Below are positions 53,322 through 63,418 of a stretch of DNA of 64,000 nucleotides, in pieces. The stretch covers positions 704,001 to 768,000 of the forward strand of contig CAWETI010000003.1 in NCBI GenBank assembly GCA_963812015.1. Direction: 5' to 3'. Within the stretch, counting starts at the first letter, position 1; every line of letters begins with the position of its first letter. The notes below the pieces were generated by a model. That model saw only the letters and a program-made list of their open reading frames with translations. It made no database searches and had not been told where the DNA came from. The translations under genes were made by a program, and so were the position numbers. Source of the stretch: an uncultured delta proteobacterium. GTDB taxonomy: Bacteria; Desulfobacterota; Desulfobaccia; Desulfobaccales; 0-14-0-80-60-11.

Positions 53322-56300
53322 CTAGTGCTGGGTATGGGACTCTATCATTAGAAAGATGGTCACCCGGGTACCCTTTTGCGGCTCGCTCTCGATGGTGATT
53401 TCTCCCTGATGCGCTTCGATGATCTTCTGGGAGATGGCCAGGCCCAACCCGCTGCCTTTGGGCTTGGAAGAAAAGAACGGCTGGAAGATCTTTTCTAAAA
53501 TCTCGGGAGGGATTCCCTTCCCCGTGTCGAGTATTTGCACGAATACCCGATCTGCATGGCGACCGGTGGCAACCGTCAAGGTCCCCCCAGTGTCCATGGC
53601 CTCGATGCCATTCTTGGCGATATTCAAGATCACCTGGCGCAGATGCCCCGGGTCAAATTGAATCTCCGGGAGATCGGGGTCCAGTTTCAATACCAGTTCG
53701 AGATTACTTTCCCGGAGACTCGGTTCCAGCCGCTGGCAGGTTTCCTGGATCAAGGCATTGAGATCCCCCGGGCGCTTTTGGGGCTCGGAAAATTTGGCAT
53801 AGCTACCGACCTCAACGAGGAAGTCTTCTAACCGCTTGACTTCATCCACGATGATCTGGAGCTTTTCCAGGTTTTTTTGCGGATCTTGAGCAACATCTTT
53901 CAGCACCTGGCGGGCAAACCCCCCGATGAGCATCAGGGGGTTCTTGATTTCGTGGCTGATATGGGCCGCCATCTTGCCCAGGACGGCCAGGCGCTCACTC
54001 CGCAAGAGTTCCTCCTCCATGCGTTTCCGTTCCCGCAGGTCTTTAAAATGGCCGATCATGCCGATCTCCCGATCGTTTTCGTAAAGCACCCGGGCAGAAA
54101 GCCAGATGGGCACCGGAGTGCCATTCTTAGGTATCATCCAGGTTTCATAGTTCTCTAAAATATCCACTCCACCGTAATCAGGACTATGGATTTTAGCATC
54201 AATTTTCTGCAGTTGACCCGGCGCATAGAGATCTTTGACATTCATTTTGCCGAGGACTTCTTCCGGTTCATAGCCAAGGATTTTAGCCGCGGTTTCATTA
54301 AAGGTGCGAATGGTGCCTTCCACATCGTTGGCCACAATGCCATCCATGCAGGTATGAATGAGGAGCTTCTGGAAGTAAATGCCCCGCTCCACCTCGGCGG
54401 TTAATTCCTCTTCGGCCCGCTGGCGCTTGATCTGCCACCACATGCCGTTCATTAATAAAGTCAGCTGATGGACATCCGATTCATCATATTCCTCTTCCTT
54501 GTTGCCCACGCCGGCCACCGCCACGATGCGGTCACCATCAAATACCGGAATATTCAGGTGACGCCGGACTTCCACATGGCCCTCAGGATAGCCTTTCTTA
54601 AAAGGGTTGGGTGCGGCATAGTCATTGGTAATAATGGGCCGCCGGTGGCGAACGGCTTCACCCCAGAGCCCGGTGGTCTCCATTGGATAGACAATGGGTT
54701 TATCAATGATAGCGCATTGGTCCATGGCAGTCTTAGACCAGGAGTGCATCGTAAGTACTGTTTCGTCCTCGTTCATGAAAGCCAGGTAACCGATCTTGCT
54801 TTTGGTGAGCCGGACTCCTTCTTCCAAGGCGAAATCGGTAATCTCTTGCAGCGTGGCCTTGGTCATCTGGCTGAGTTGCCAGACCGCCTCGAGGCGGGAT
54901 TCATCCAGGCGCAGCGCCTCCTCCATGTTGGCAGTGCGCACTGCCAATCCCAAATGCCCGGCCAGCGATTGAAAGAACCGAATGTGTTCCTTGGTAAAAA
55001 ACCCCTTCTGACTGCTGGCCGCGGTCAATACCCCCAGGGTCAGGGTTTCTGCAGTGATGGGGGCCAATACTAGGGAATTCAAAGCTTCTTCTTCCACCAG
55101 TCCCTGGAGGCGATCAGCCACTGCGGTGGAATCCGGCACCGAAATTACCTGGGAGGTCGACAAGCATTCCCCCAGAAGGGAGGCGGAATCGGGCTTTCCC
55201 ACCTGTGCCCGAGCCTCAGGCGGAAGGCCTCGGAAGGCTTTGATATGCAGGAAGCCATCTTCGTCCAAAAGCCGCACGGCACATTTTTCTACGCCTAATT
55301 TCTCCACCAGCACCCCCAGCACTCCATCCAGGATTTCCGGAAAATAGAGGGTGGAGGCCAGGCGGCGGGCCGCTTCGTAGAGCACCGAGAGTTCACTTAC
55401 CCGTATCTTTAATTGCTGTTCGCTTTCCTCCAGGGAGCTGGAGATCCGGCCGAAAAGGTCAAAAACGTCCTCCATCTTGGAGCCCAGTGAGGAGAGGTAG
55501 CCTTCAACTACTACCTGGGCCGCCGCAGGTCCGATGGAACCGGCAATGGTGCGTTCAATAAAATCCGCCAACTGGAGCTTTTCCCGGTCACCCCACTCGG
55601 CTTCGGGAATCGTCACCTCCCGGAGAAAGGCTCGTCGCGCCTGGGCGGCCTTCCGGGGGCCGATGATCTTCTCCATAAATTCCGTCAACTGCTCCAGGCT
55701 TGGTAAATACGTTAAGCGCTTCTCAATAGGCCTTCCCCGTTCACGTTCAAACACCCCAACAAACCGTCGTGCCTGTTCCTCTTCCAACGGACTGGGCACC
55801 GTGAGCAAGGAGACGGTGACAAAGGTGCCGGTATTGAAAAACAAGGACCAGAAAAAGGCATTGGAGAGTCGATCCAGGCCGGCAAGCCCTAAGAAAGCGT
55901 TGGGCTTAAGAAAAGCCAGAGCGAAGGGGCCCTCCGATAAAATACTGACTGAAAACCAACCCGCCTCGATCAGATAAGGAAAGACCAGGGTGTAGGCCCA
56001 AAGAAGAAAACCCGAGGCCAACCCCGCCATTGCCCCCCACCTTGTGGCGTCCCTCCAGTACAAGGCCCCTATCATGGCCGGCGCCAACTGCATCACCCCG
56101 CAAAAGGCGATCAGTCCTATGTCCACCAGCATGACAGTAGGAAATACTAAGTGATAGCCAAAGTATCCCAAAAGGATCAGAAAGAGGATGCCGGCCCGCT
56201 TGATGGTCAAAAGATGGGGGGTGATACGTTCTTGCAGTTTTAGCCGAGTGGTCAGGGGCATCACCAGACTATTGAGGAGCATGGTGGTGACGGAGATGGA

Positions 56301-57362
56301 GGCCACCGCCACCATGGCGGTGGAGGCCGACAGTCCCCCCATAAAGACCAGCAGAGCGAGATAGGGATGTCCGGTTTGCAAGGGAATGCGCAGGACAAAG
56401 GTATCGGCCTGTTCCCGGGGCAAGCCTATCAACAGTCCCCCGAAAGCGATGGGCATGACAAACAGGCTAATCAACAATAGATACACCGGAAAGAGCCAGA
56501 CTGCCGTCAGGATATGCCGTTCATCGGTATTTTCCACTACCGCCATGTGGAACATCCGGGGAAGAAAGTGGATGGCCCCCATAGCCAGGAGAGTCAGCAC
56601 CATAAGAAGGGTATAATTGTTGTGAGGCCCGGTGTTCACCAGGAGAAGCTGTTGAAATTCGGGGCTCTGCCGGATACGCGCGAAGATTTCTCCCCAGCCC
56701 GGGAAGAGGCCAAACGTCACCAGGATACCCAGGCTAAAAAAAGCCAGGAGTTCGATCAGGGACCCGAACACCACTACTCCCACTAACCCTTCGTGACGCT
56801 CGGTGGGGTCCAGATGGCGAGCCCCAAACAGAATACCGAACATGGCCAGAAGCAAGGCCACATAAAAGGCGGTGTCTTGATAAACCGGGATGGTGCCGGG
56901 ATGACAAACTTCTTTACATACTAGGATATTAAACGTATCGGAAATTGACTTGAGCTGTAGGCCGATATAGGGGGTTATGGCCAGGAGCACCCCCACGCTA
57001 GCGAGGACCCCCAGAAAGGCCCCTTTGCCATAGCGTAGCGTCAGGAAATCTGACATAGTGGTCAGGTTGTTTTCCTTGCAGATGCGCAGGAGCTTGCGCA
57101 AACCGAACCACCAGGAAAAAGCGATGATGGAGGGACCCAGGTAGATGGTGAGAAAGGTCACGCCTGAGGTGGCCGCCTTGCCGACGCTGCCGAAAAAAGT
57201 CCAGGCGGTGCAATAAACCGATAGAGAAAGGGCATAGATATAGGGATTGGCAATAATGCTCTTGCCCAGGGCCCGTTGCCGGTCCCCATAATAGGCGATG
57301 GCAAAGAGCAGCAAGAGATAGCTAAAGGCGGTTACTGCTACCAGGCCGTTACTGAGCCTCAT
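53322..57362 (-). CDS. SLC5 (Na+/solute symporter)-fused sensor histidine kinase (CbrA/CrbS-like) with GAF, GAF and PAS domains
   Basis: YALSL.VYCTAWTFFGSVG, PYIGLQLK, FLPRMFH, GSIG.A.A, HEIKNPL, NGIEAM, DTGKGI, GSGLGL. Confidence 0.92.
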   Translation of the reverse strand: MRLSNGLVAVTAFSYLLLLFAIAYYGDRQRALGKSIIANPYIYALSLSVYCTAWTFFGSVGKAATSGVTFLTIYLGPSIIAFSWWFGLRKLLRICKENNLTTMSDFLTLRYGKGAFLGVLASVGVLLAITPYIGLQLKSISDTFNILVCKEVCHPGTIPVYQDTAFYVALLLAMFGILFGARHLDPTERHEGLVGVVVFGSLIELLAFFSLGILVTFGLFPGWGEIFARIRQSPEFQQLLLVNTGPHNNYTLLMVLTLLAMGAIHFLPRMFHMAVVENTDERHILTAVWLFPVYLLLISLFVMPIAFGGLLIGLPREQADTFVLRIPLQTGHPYLALLVFMGGLSASTAMVAVASISVTTMLLNSLVMPLTTRLKLQERITPHLLTIKRAGILFLILLGYFGYHLVFPTVMLVDIGLIAFCGVMQLAPAMIGALYWRDATRWGAMAGLASGFLLWAYTLVFPYLIEAGWFSVSILSEGPFALAFLKPNAFLGLAGLDRLSNAFFWSLFFNTGTFVTVSLLTVPSPLEEEQARRFVGVFERERGRPIEKRLTYLPSLEQLTEFMEKIIGPRKAAQARRAFLREVTIPEAEWGDREKLQLADFIERTIAGSIGPAAAQVVVEGYLSSLGSKMEDVFDLFGRISSSLEESEQQLKIRVSELSVLYEAARRLASTLYFPEILDGVLGVLVEKLGVEKCAVRLLDEDGFLHIKAFRGLPPEARAQVGKPDSASLLGECLSTSQVISVPDSTAVADRLQGLVEEEALNSLVLAPITAETLTLGVLTAASSQKGFFTKEHIRFFQSLAGHLGLAVRTANMEEALRLDESRLEAVWQLSQMTKATLQEITDFALEEGVRLTKSKIGYLAFMNEDETVLTMHSWSKTAMDQCAIIDKPIVYPMETTGLWGEAVRHRRPIITNDYAAPNPFKKGYPEGHVEVRRHLNIPVFDGDRIVAVAGVGNKEEEYDESDVHQLTLLMNGMWWQIKRQRAEEELTAEVERGIYFQKLLIHTCMDGIVANDVEGTIRTFNETAAKILGYEPEEVLGKMNVKDLYAPGQLQKIDAKIHSPDYGGVDILENYETWMIPKNGTPVPIWLSARVLYENDREIGMIGHFKDLRERKRMEEELLRSERLAVLGKMAAHISHEIKNPLMLIGGFARQVLKDVAQDPQKNLEKLQIIVDEVKRLEDFLVEVGSYAKFSEPQKRPGDLNALIQETCQRLEPSLRESNLELVLKLDPDLPEIQFDPGHLRQVILNIAKNGIEAMDTGGTLTVATGRHADRVFVQILDTGKGIPPEILEKIFQPFFSSKPKGSGLGLAISQKIIEAHQGEITIESEPQKGTRVTIFLMIESHTQH

Positions 57363-57592
57363 TCCTTTGATTCCTCCTGGGCCGGCGGTTCATGGGCAGT
57401 GAGCCGGCGACTCAATGCATAGAGCCCAGTGATGGCCAAGATCCAAACCCCAAACAGGTAGAAAACCAGAAGTGGATTCCCTGCCACTAAGGTGTCGCGA
57501 TTAAAAATTTGCAACAAAGGATAGTTTAAGAGGAGAAAATCTAGAATCCCCAGGAGGGCCAAGAGCTTTTCTCTTTTCGTCGTAGGGAGCAT
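57359..57592 (-). CDS. small 2-TM protein overlapping the kinase start
   Basis: LLNYPLLQIFN...G.PLLVFYLFGVW; ATGA coupling to the kinase. Confidence 0.75.
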   Translation of the reverse strand: MLPTTKREKLLALLGILDFLLLNYPLLQIFNRDTLVAGNPLLVFYLFGVWILAITGLYALSRRLTAHEPPAQEESKE

Positions 57593-57894
57593 TATTTTAT
57601 CTCCTGCTCTCACCTGCTCAGGTCAATTAATTTCATCCGGCCCCCGAAAGCTATCTATTAGATAAGGGCCGGGTGAGGTCCGCACCGATCTCCCCAAGAC
57701 TGTTACTCTTTAAAGCAAACGGGGACAGTACGTAACGCAATTAAGGTGAAGTCTGGAAAATCTCATTTTACCGGTGCTTCAGACCTGCTGGTTATATCCT
57801 TCCCTTCATTTTGGTTGGAACAGACCAGAGATTTTTTGTTCCCACTTCGGGCAAGGGGCCTCTCACATTTGTTTGATGACTGCATCGATAGAGA

Positions 57895-58464
57895 TCAAAA
57901 ATCTTCCTCCTCCTTCAAGAAGTTCCGCATCATCAATGCCACATCATAAGTTTTTCCTTTCATGTCCCTAAAGTAGTCTTCGAAGTTGGCTCTGACCTTA
58001 AAGCCTCTGGACTGAAAGGCTTTGATGACGTGCTTCAATTCGGTAACCACCTCCACTTTCAGCCAATGGAGCTTTTCTTGTGAGGCAAGGTCAATCAATT
58101 CATTTAAAATCAACGAGCCTAACCCCAAACCCTGGAAAGGTCTGGCCAAGAAGATTTGCTGGATCTCGCCGACATTTAGGGCGGCATTTTGACCCCGATA
58201 GAGATTGAGGGTGGCAACTGGCTGTTTAGTTTCCATATCTTCCGCCACTAAGGCCATTATTCTGTGAGAATTTTCCGGGTTCATCCAATAATCGACCACC
58301 TTCGAGTTCTTAACATCTTCTTTACAAAACTGGACGTCTTCTTGGGGAGCTTGCTGGAAAAGCTTGATGAGGCCATCCCGATCTCGTCCATTGAGGAACC
58401 GGATCACCACCGTTTTCCCGTTGGTCAAGGTGGCGAACTTGCGGTAAGCACAATAATTTTGCAT
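57895..58464 (-). CDS. GNAT family acetyltransferase
   Basis: LTNGKTVVIR, FQGLGLGS, AFQSRGF. Confidence 0.85.
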   Translation of the reverse strand: MQNYCAYRKFATLTNGKTVVIRFLNGRDRDGLIKLFQQAPQEDVQFCKEDVKNSKVVDYWMNPENSHRIMALVAEDMETKQPVATLNLYRGQNAALNVGEIQQIFLARPFQGLGLGSLILNELIDLASQEKLHWLKVEVVTELKHVIKAFQSRGFKVRANFEDYFRDMKGKTYDVALMMRNFLKEEEDF

Positions 58465-59083
58465 GGCCCACCCCCTTACTCAAGAAGTTTATAGCCTTAC
58501 TTTTTTATAGGTTTTTCCTTCTTGGTGGCGATTATCGGATAGGCAGCAAACGCAGCCGTATCCTCTCAATTTGCAGTTTAGGCGCTTAATGCATGACCAG
58601 TGAAAAATCTAAAAAGCGGGGAGCCCCTCTCGGGAGGAACGAATTAAAGCTTGGAGGATGAAGTAGGAAGATGAGAAAGGCAACCCGGGTATGTCAGCCT
58701 TTTTTTCCTTCATTAACTCACCTCCCTCACCTCAGAAAATAATGGGAGAGAAATTTACTTATAATTTAAGTATTCTTTAAACTTTTGTCAATGAGCCTGG
58801 GGCGCGGGTATTCAGTGTCACTATCAAAAAGCTGCAAGGCTGCCTTGAGCCAATACCGCTAAGCCATTCCGGGCGTCCGATGGTGGGCGGGGCTTACTCG
58901 AATTGAGCATGACGATAAAAATCCAGCCCTAAAGGGGGGATAGGCCTTCCATATGGACGGCAGAATCCCCCCTTAACCTCATATCTATCTACAGTATCAG
59001 CTCGGATCCTCCGGACTGTAGTCCAGTGGCGCAAGAGGCCCACACCAAACCCGGGAGTTGGTTCCTGATGTAATTCTTATGGT

Positions 59084-59137
59084 TATACACCGGAGCAGGT
59101 CATTGGGAAGCTGCGGGAAGCCGAAGTGGCGTTATCT
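59084..59137 (+). mobile_element. tiny IS3-family orfA remnant
   Basis: YTPEQVIGKLREAEVALS resembles an IS3-family OrfA N-terminus; it stops at repeat R9. Confidence 0.55.
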
Positions 59138-59198
59138 GCTATGATCCGACACTTATCACGGAGCCAAAAAGCTCGCATATAGAACATATCTTTAAATT
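59136..59198 (+). repeat. cassette-boundary repeat R9 (alpha arm)
   Basis: CTGCTATGATCCGACACTTATCACGGAGCCAAAA..GCATATAGAACATATCT. Confidence 0.85.
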
Positions 59199-59273
59199 TT
59201 CGCCACCCCCCCAAGCCCAGAGTCGCCCATTAATTTCGTCCTTGCACTCGTCAGCTTATGTCTCCCTGCCCCG

Positions 59274-59819
59274 TCACTTCGGGTTCGCCGCCAGGTAGTC
59301 GTTGATGAACTGGTCGACTTGGTCCCCCACTAAATTTCGGATTTGAGTTATGTTGGTTATCTTGCATGTTCCTGCGTATCCCGTCGTATGCCATACCACA
59401 CCAGGGATTTTAAAACCACTTTCGATGGCAACTTTCTTCTTTAATTGCACCTTGATTGAATACGCACAGAAAGTAGAGCCAGGCTTGGTGACGGCATTTA
59501 CGTTCACATAAAGGTACGGCATCCCCGGCGTCCCTTGGCTTTCCTTCTCCGTGAGAACCCTGGCTCCGGCCTTGCGTAGTCTCATCTCGACGTCCGTCTG
59601 TATCTGGTCTCTGATCAAGCCCAAGCGCTCGATTTCTGGCTTAAGGTTCTCGACCAAAACGTGCACCCCTTTCAGCCCGACAAGAGCCTTTTGCTCATCA
59701 GTAAGGGCATGAGAGACAGCCGGAAGCAGCAAAAGTACCACCACCAGGGCCATTACCCTCTTTTCCAGGCTCAGGATGCATTTTTTGTCGGTACTTATGG
59801 TAGAATTTTGTTCAGCCAT
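59274..59819 (-). CDS. hypothetical exported protein
   Basis: GGAGG RBS before MAEQNST; internal signal-like MALVVVLLLLPAVSHA; C-terminal VDQFINDYLAANPK. Confidence 0.7.
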   Translation of the reverse strand: MAEQNSTISTDKKCILSLEKRVMALVVVLLLLPAVSHALTDEQKALVGLKGVHVLVENLKPEIERLGLIRDQIQTDVEMRLRKAGARVLTEKESQGTPGMPYLYVNVNAVTKPGSTFCAYSIKVQLKKKVAIESGFKIPGVVWHTTGYAGTCKITNITQIRNLVGDQVDQFINDYLAANPK

Positions 59820-59899
59820 GACATGAACCTCCCCGACAGGTTTGGTTGTGGTTAGGGCCGGTCCGGTGATGCCCATGCTCCAGGCCGGCCTGCTTATTT
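59813..59899 (+). ncRNA. putative SymR-like antisense RNA (copy 3)
   Basis: TGGTAGAAT -10 at 59798-59806; homologous to 34407-34492. Confidence 0.55.
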
Positions 59900-60070
59900 C
59901 CTGGTTCGCTTCAAATACTCTTCCACGTCTGCCCACCTGATACGCACGGCTCGCCCCAGCTTATGATGAGGCAATACACCTTCACGAACCCGCCGCCATA
60001 TAGTGTCTTTTGATAGGCCGAGCTTTTCGGCTATTTCCTTGACCGAAAAAAACTCTCGTTCTCCCGTCAT
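59894..60070 (-). CDS. excisionase-family HTH protein (58 aa, below the ORF-track cutoff)
   Basis: Own translation MTGEREFFSVKEIAEKLGLSKDTIWRRVREGVLPHHKLGRAVRIRWADVEEYLKRTRK. Confidence 0.85.
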   Translation of the reverse strand: MTGEREFFSVKEIAEKLGLSKDTIWRRVREGVLPHHKLGRAVRIRWADVEEYLKRTRK

Positions 60071-60447
60071 TCCATTACCCCCAAACCATTCGAGTGATTA
60101 TTTTAATTATAAAATACTTTGATATGCATGTAAGTGCAGCTGTATGCAATATTAGGGATAAAATATATAGGATTTTGCAAATTGCATCGGCTCTATCCTT
60201 TGCCCCGCCATGCCCAGGCTGCCCATTTATTGCCGCGACTGTTATCGCTGGCGGATGGCTATCCTACCCCTCATCGGATTGCTTAATGAAGGACTTTTTC
60301 CGGGTAGTCGATGGTCTTGTTCCAAACCGATATGGATGGATGATCTGCGCGCCAAAAATGATCCAAAGATTATGCTGAAGTAGTGTCACGAAGGGAGGCA
60401 AAGAGATCTGGCGTAGCTGATATGTGATGGCTATAAACATTTACTAG

Positions 60448-60550
60448 CTGCTATGATCCGACACTTATCACAGGGTCCAAAACCTTCCATATTCAGACGA
60501 TATCTGGAATTTTTACCACTTAGATGATAAGAGATTAGAATGGAAGCTCG
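60448..60550 (+). repeat. cassette-boundary repeat R10 (alpha + delta)
   Basis: CTGCTATGATCCGACACTTATCAC..AAAACCTTCCATATTCAGACGATATCTGGAATTTTTACCAC..TGATAA. Confidence 0.85.
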
Positions 60551-60583
60551 TGAAGAGGTACCTCCTGGATGGAGCAAGGCGGC

Positions 60584-60748
60584 ATGGGTAATAAGCAGAT
60601 AATTGGTATATCGGTGGGCGCGTTGGCGGGATTTCTGATTGGATATCTTGGCCGCTGTGCGGGAGGCACAGCTTGAAGACTGACCTCCAATCCCTGGTCA
60701 GGGATGATCGTAGGCGCGCTGGTGGGATTTCTGGTAACCCGTCATTAG
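60584..60748 (+). CDS. small membrane selenoprotein, DUF6132-like (TGA 60674-60676 = Sec31)
   Basis: Own translation MGNKQIIGISVGALAGFLIGYLGRCAGGTA-TGA-RLTSNPWSGMIVGALVGFLVTRH; hairpin ATCCCT-ggtc-AGGGAT about 13 nt after the TGA. Confidence 0.75.
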
Positions 60749-60822
60749 TTAGTCAAAGTTTCGCTTGATTTCTGCTAAGGCTTGCAACACCAAAGACTGG
60801 TATCCAGATGGGGATGCAAAGA

Positions 60823-61860
60823 ATGAAAAGATTTGGAATTTTGTTAATCGCAGCAATGATGGGTTTGGTGCTTGCCTGTGGCAGCCAGGAAGCGAAAGCT
60901 CCCGCCAAACCGGCTGCCCTGCCGGGAAAGGCCGAGAAGGCAGCGCCCCAAGCCCTACCGGCGCAGGTCGCGCGTATGGAGATTCACTCGTTTCCGTCCA
61001 TGACGTTGACGGATCAGCAATTCCTGACCGGTCGCAAGGAAGGCAAACCGGTCACCATCGCGGGCGAGCTTCGCCTGCCTCGCCCGGGAAATGATCGCCT
61101 ACCGGTAGTCGTCCTTATACATGGCTCGGGTGGAGTGTCAGGTTCTGTCCTGGATTGGGAACAGGATCTCAATGCAATGGGCGTGGCAACCTTCGTCCTC
61201 GACAGCTTCACCGGGCGCGGCATCGTGAATACCAACTACGATCAGTCACAACTTGGGCGCTTAGCGATGATCGTCGATGTCTATCGCGCCCTCGATGTCC
61301 TGGCGAAACACCCAAGGATCGATCCCACCCGGATTGCCCTCATGGGGTTTTCGCGGGGTGGCCAGGCCGCGCTCTACGCGAGCCTGAAGCGATTTCAGCG
61401 CCTGCACGGTCCTGTGGGTCAGGAGTTTGCAGCCTACATCGTCTTCTACCCGGATTGTAACACGGCATACCGCGACGACGAGGACGTGGCGGACAAGCCG
61501 ATCCGGATCTTTCATGGCAGCGCCGATGACTATGACCCGATTGCGCCGTGTCAGGCCTATGTTGAGCGGCTGAAGGCGAAGGGCAAGAATGTCCAGCTGA
61601 TTGAATATGCCGGTGCAGGGCACAATTTCGATAATCGGGGGCTTAAGACGCCTCTAAAGCTTGAGAGAGCGCAGACGACCAGACGATGCGAATTGGCAGA
61701 GGCAGAGAATGGCATGATCGTCAATGTCAAAACCAAGCAGCCGTTCACCTACGCCGATCCTTGCGTGGAATATGGGCCGACGCTGGCTTATAACGAGAAG
61801 GCTTCTACCGAGGCTAGAAGGGCAGTCAAGGACTTCGTTACAACTACACTTAAGCTGTGA
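60823..61860 (+). CDS. dienelactone hydrolase-family alpha/beta hydrolase, lipoprotein
   Basis: Lipobox VLAC, HGSGG, GFSRGG nucleophile elbow, HGSADD, GHNFD. Confidence 0.9.
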   Translation: MKRFGILLIAAMMGLVLACGSQEAKAPAKPAALPGKAEKAAPQALPAQVARMEIHSFPSMTLTDQQFLTGRKEGKPVTIAGELRLPRPGNDRLPVVVLIHGSGGVSGSVLDWEQDLNAMGVATFVLDSFTGRGIVNTNYDQSQLGRLAMIVDVYRALDVLAKHPRIDPTRIALMGFSRGGQAALYASLKRFQRLHGPVGQEFAAYIVFYPDCNTAYRDDEDVADKPIRIFHGSADDYDPIAPCQAYVERLKAKGKNVQLIEYAGAGHNFDNRGLKTPLKLERAQTTRRCELAEAENGMIVNVKTKQPFTYADPCVEYGPTLAYNEKASTEARRAVKDFVTTTLKL

Positions 61861-61953
61861 CCCGAGTTTTCAGAATGATGGCCTGCCTGTTGAGGCGCGG
61901 AAATGAAATCGGCGCTTAACCTTCAGCAGCGGCGTTATCCGCATGAAAGATAA

Positions 61954-62090
61954 CTGCTATCTCTCCGCACCTCTCCTCCCGGCATTTGGCTTGCTGATAT
62001 GCTTACCATATTGACCGCTGACCAAACCTCGCCCCAGTAACCCCTCAGTCGAAGCGTTAGAACGCCACAGGAAGCGTGTGGCGGTTTTTT
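61954..62090 (+). repeat. cassette-boundary repeat R11 (zeta arm)
   Basis: CTGCTAT.., GATATG-cttac-CATATT, then GACCGCTGACC..CCTCGCCCCAGTAACCCCTCAGTCGAAGCGTTAGAACGCC.CAGGAAGCGTGTG, nearly identical to 18712-18789. Confidence 0.85.
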
Positions 62091-62788
62091 AGGGGGTATT
62101 TGTGGGCCGGTCATAGACGGGTTTTTAAGTTAAAATTTTTGGGGTTTTGAAAGGAAGGGGGGGTACTTGTCAAAATTGTCAAGAGGGAAAAGGGGGGAAA
62201 TTTGTGAGAGGGTCATTGCATCACAGGGGGGGTATGGGACCCGTCCCGGGGTTTGCCTTTGGGGCCGAAAAACTGATGAGGGTAGGGGCGGCACCGGAGC
62301 ACGCAGGCCGGGTGACCGTGCTGGCCGCGGTGGGGTTGCTTGCGCACCACAGGGGCAGGTGGTGGACGGTCACACCGGGCCAGGCGCATTGATAACCCCT
62401 TACAGCATCGGCAAGGATTTATCTGCCTGGGTAGAAAAGCTCTTCGAGACGAGTATCCCGGCAGAAACCCTTAAAACCCGGGCGGCAAGGATTCAAAAGC
62501 AAATCGGTTCAAATGAACCGACTGCCCCAACCTCCTGCAATACCTCAGAAATTCCAGAAAAACCGCAAAGTCAACCAGTTCGGGGTAAGTCGGGTAAGTT
62601 TGAAAAGGGCACAGCCCCGGGACCCGGCCGGCCACGGAGGCGTACCGCCCCGAAACCAACCCCACCACCTCCAGAGGCGGCGGCAGGAGCAGCCCCCAAA
62701 GGCGAGCGATTCTCATTTTCCCCTGCATGATTCCCAGGCACACCTTGCAACCATGAGCACCCCTCAGTATCGGCAAAATCTGCACTCT

Positions 62789-62809
62789 GGTTATCCCTGG
62801 GTTATCCCT
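62789..62809. promoter_or_regulatory. putative integrase arm-type sites (right)
   Basis: GGTTATCCCT twice with 11-bp period, same as 9010-9030. Confidence 0.75.
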
Positions 62810-62825
62810 GCCCACTCTGAAAGGG

Positions 62826-62859
62826 AAAAGAGGTTGACCAATTTCGGACAACCCCTTTT
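62826..62859 (-). terminator. terminator downstream of tRNA-Arg, supplied by the island
   Basis: AAAAGAGGTTG..CAACCCCTTTT inverted repeat. Confidence 0.65.
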
Positions 62860-62875
62860 ATTTATTGCTTATAAT

Positions 62876-62954
62876 TGGCGCCCCCGGCCCGACTCGAACG
62901 GGCGACACATGGATTAGGAATCCATTGCTCTATCCATAACTGAGCTACGGGGGC
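62876..62954 (-). tRNA. tRNA-Arg (anticodon CCT)
   Basis: Minus strand GCCCCCG TA GCTC..GAGC A ATGGA-TTCCTAA-TCCAT..GCCCG TTCGAGT CGGGC CGGGGGC G CCA. Confidence 0.96.
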
Positions 62955-63418
62955 GCAAAGGAATTTAGCGGAGTCGGGTGCGTTGCTTCGCCAAGATTGT
63001 TACCGAGACCTCCCGGAACCTGGTCTTCCTGGAGTGTCGGGCTCGGGGCGTGAGTTCGGCAACCCGCCGGTGGCGCCGCCTGAAAGGGAGGGGCCAATCC
63101 GGGCGCTTTTGGCTATAATATGCCAACTTTCCCTTTGGCGCAAGGCCTGACGGCCGGGTTAATCGCCCGGCCCCGGAGAGGAAGCCGGCGAGGGAGAAAG
63201 GACTTATTCCTGCGAATTTCAGATCATTATGGCCTCGTCAAGCCATCTGAATAGCGTGTGAATCTGACCATTCCCACCAGAACCCTCGGGTTCGAGACGC
63301 CGACTCTCCCAACCGATAATCGCCCTGGGTCCGGAGATTCTTCCGCTTGGCTGCCTTGAAAGAGCAGGTGGCCTATGGTATGATGCGACGATTTTGAACG
63401 GACTTTCAGGAGTTGGCG

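Noticed and set aside
62167..62730. Terminase small subunit-like ORF (GKFEKGTAPGPGRP)
   Set aside because: Only a short motif resemblance, no convincing start and low-complexity flanks; probably a remnant, so not called.
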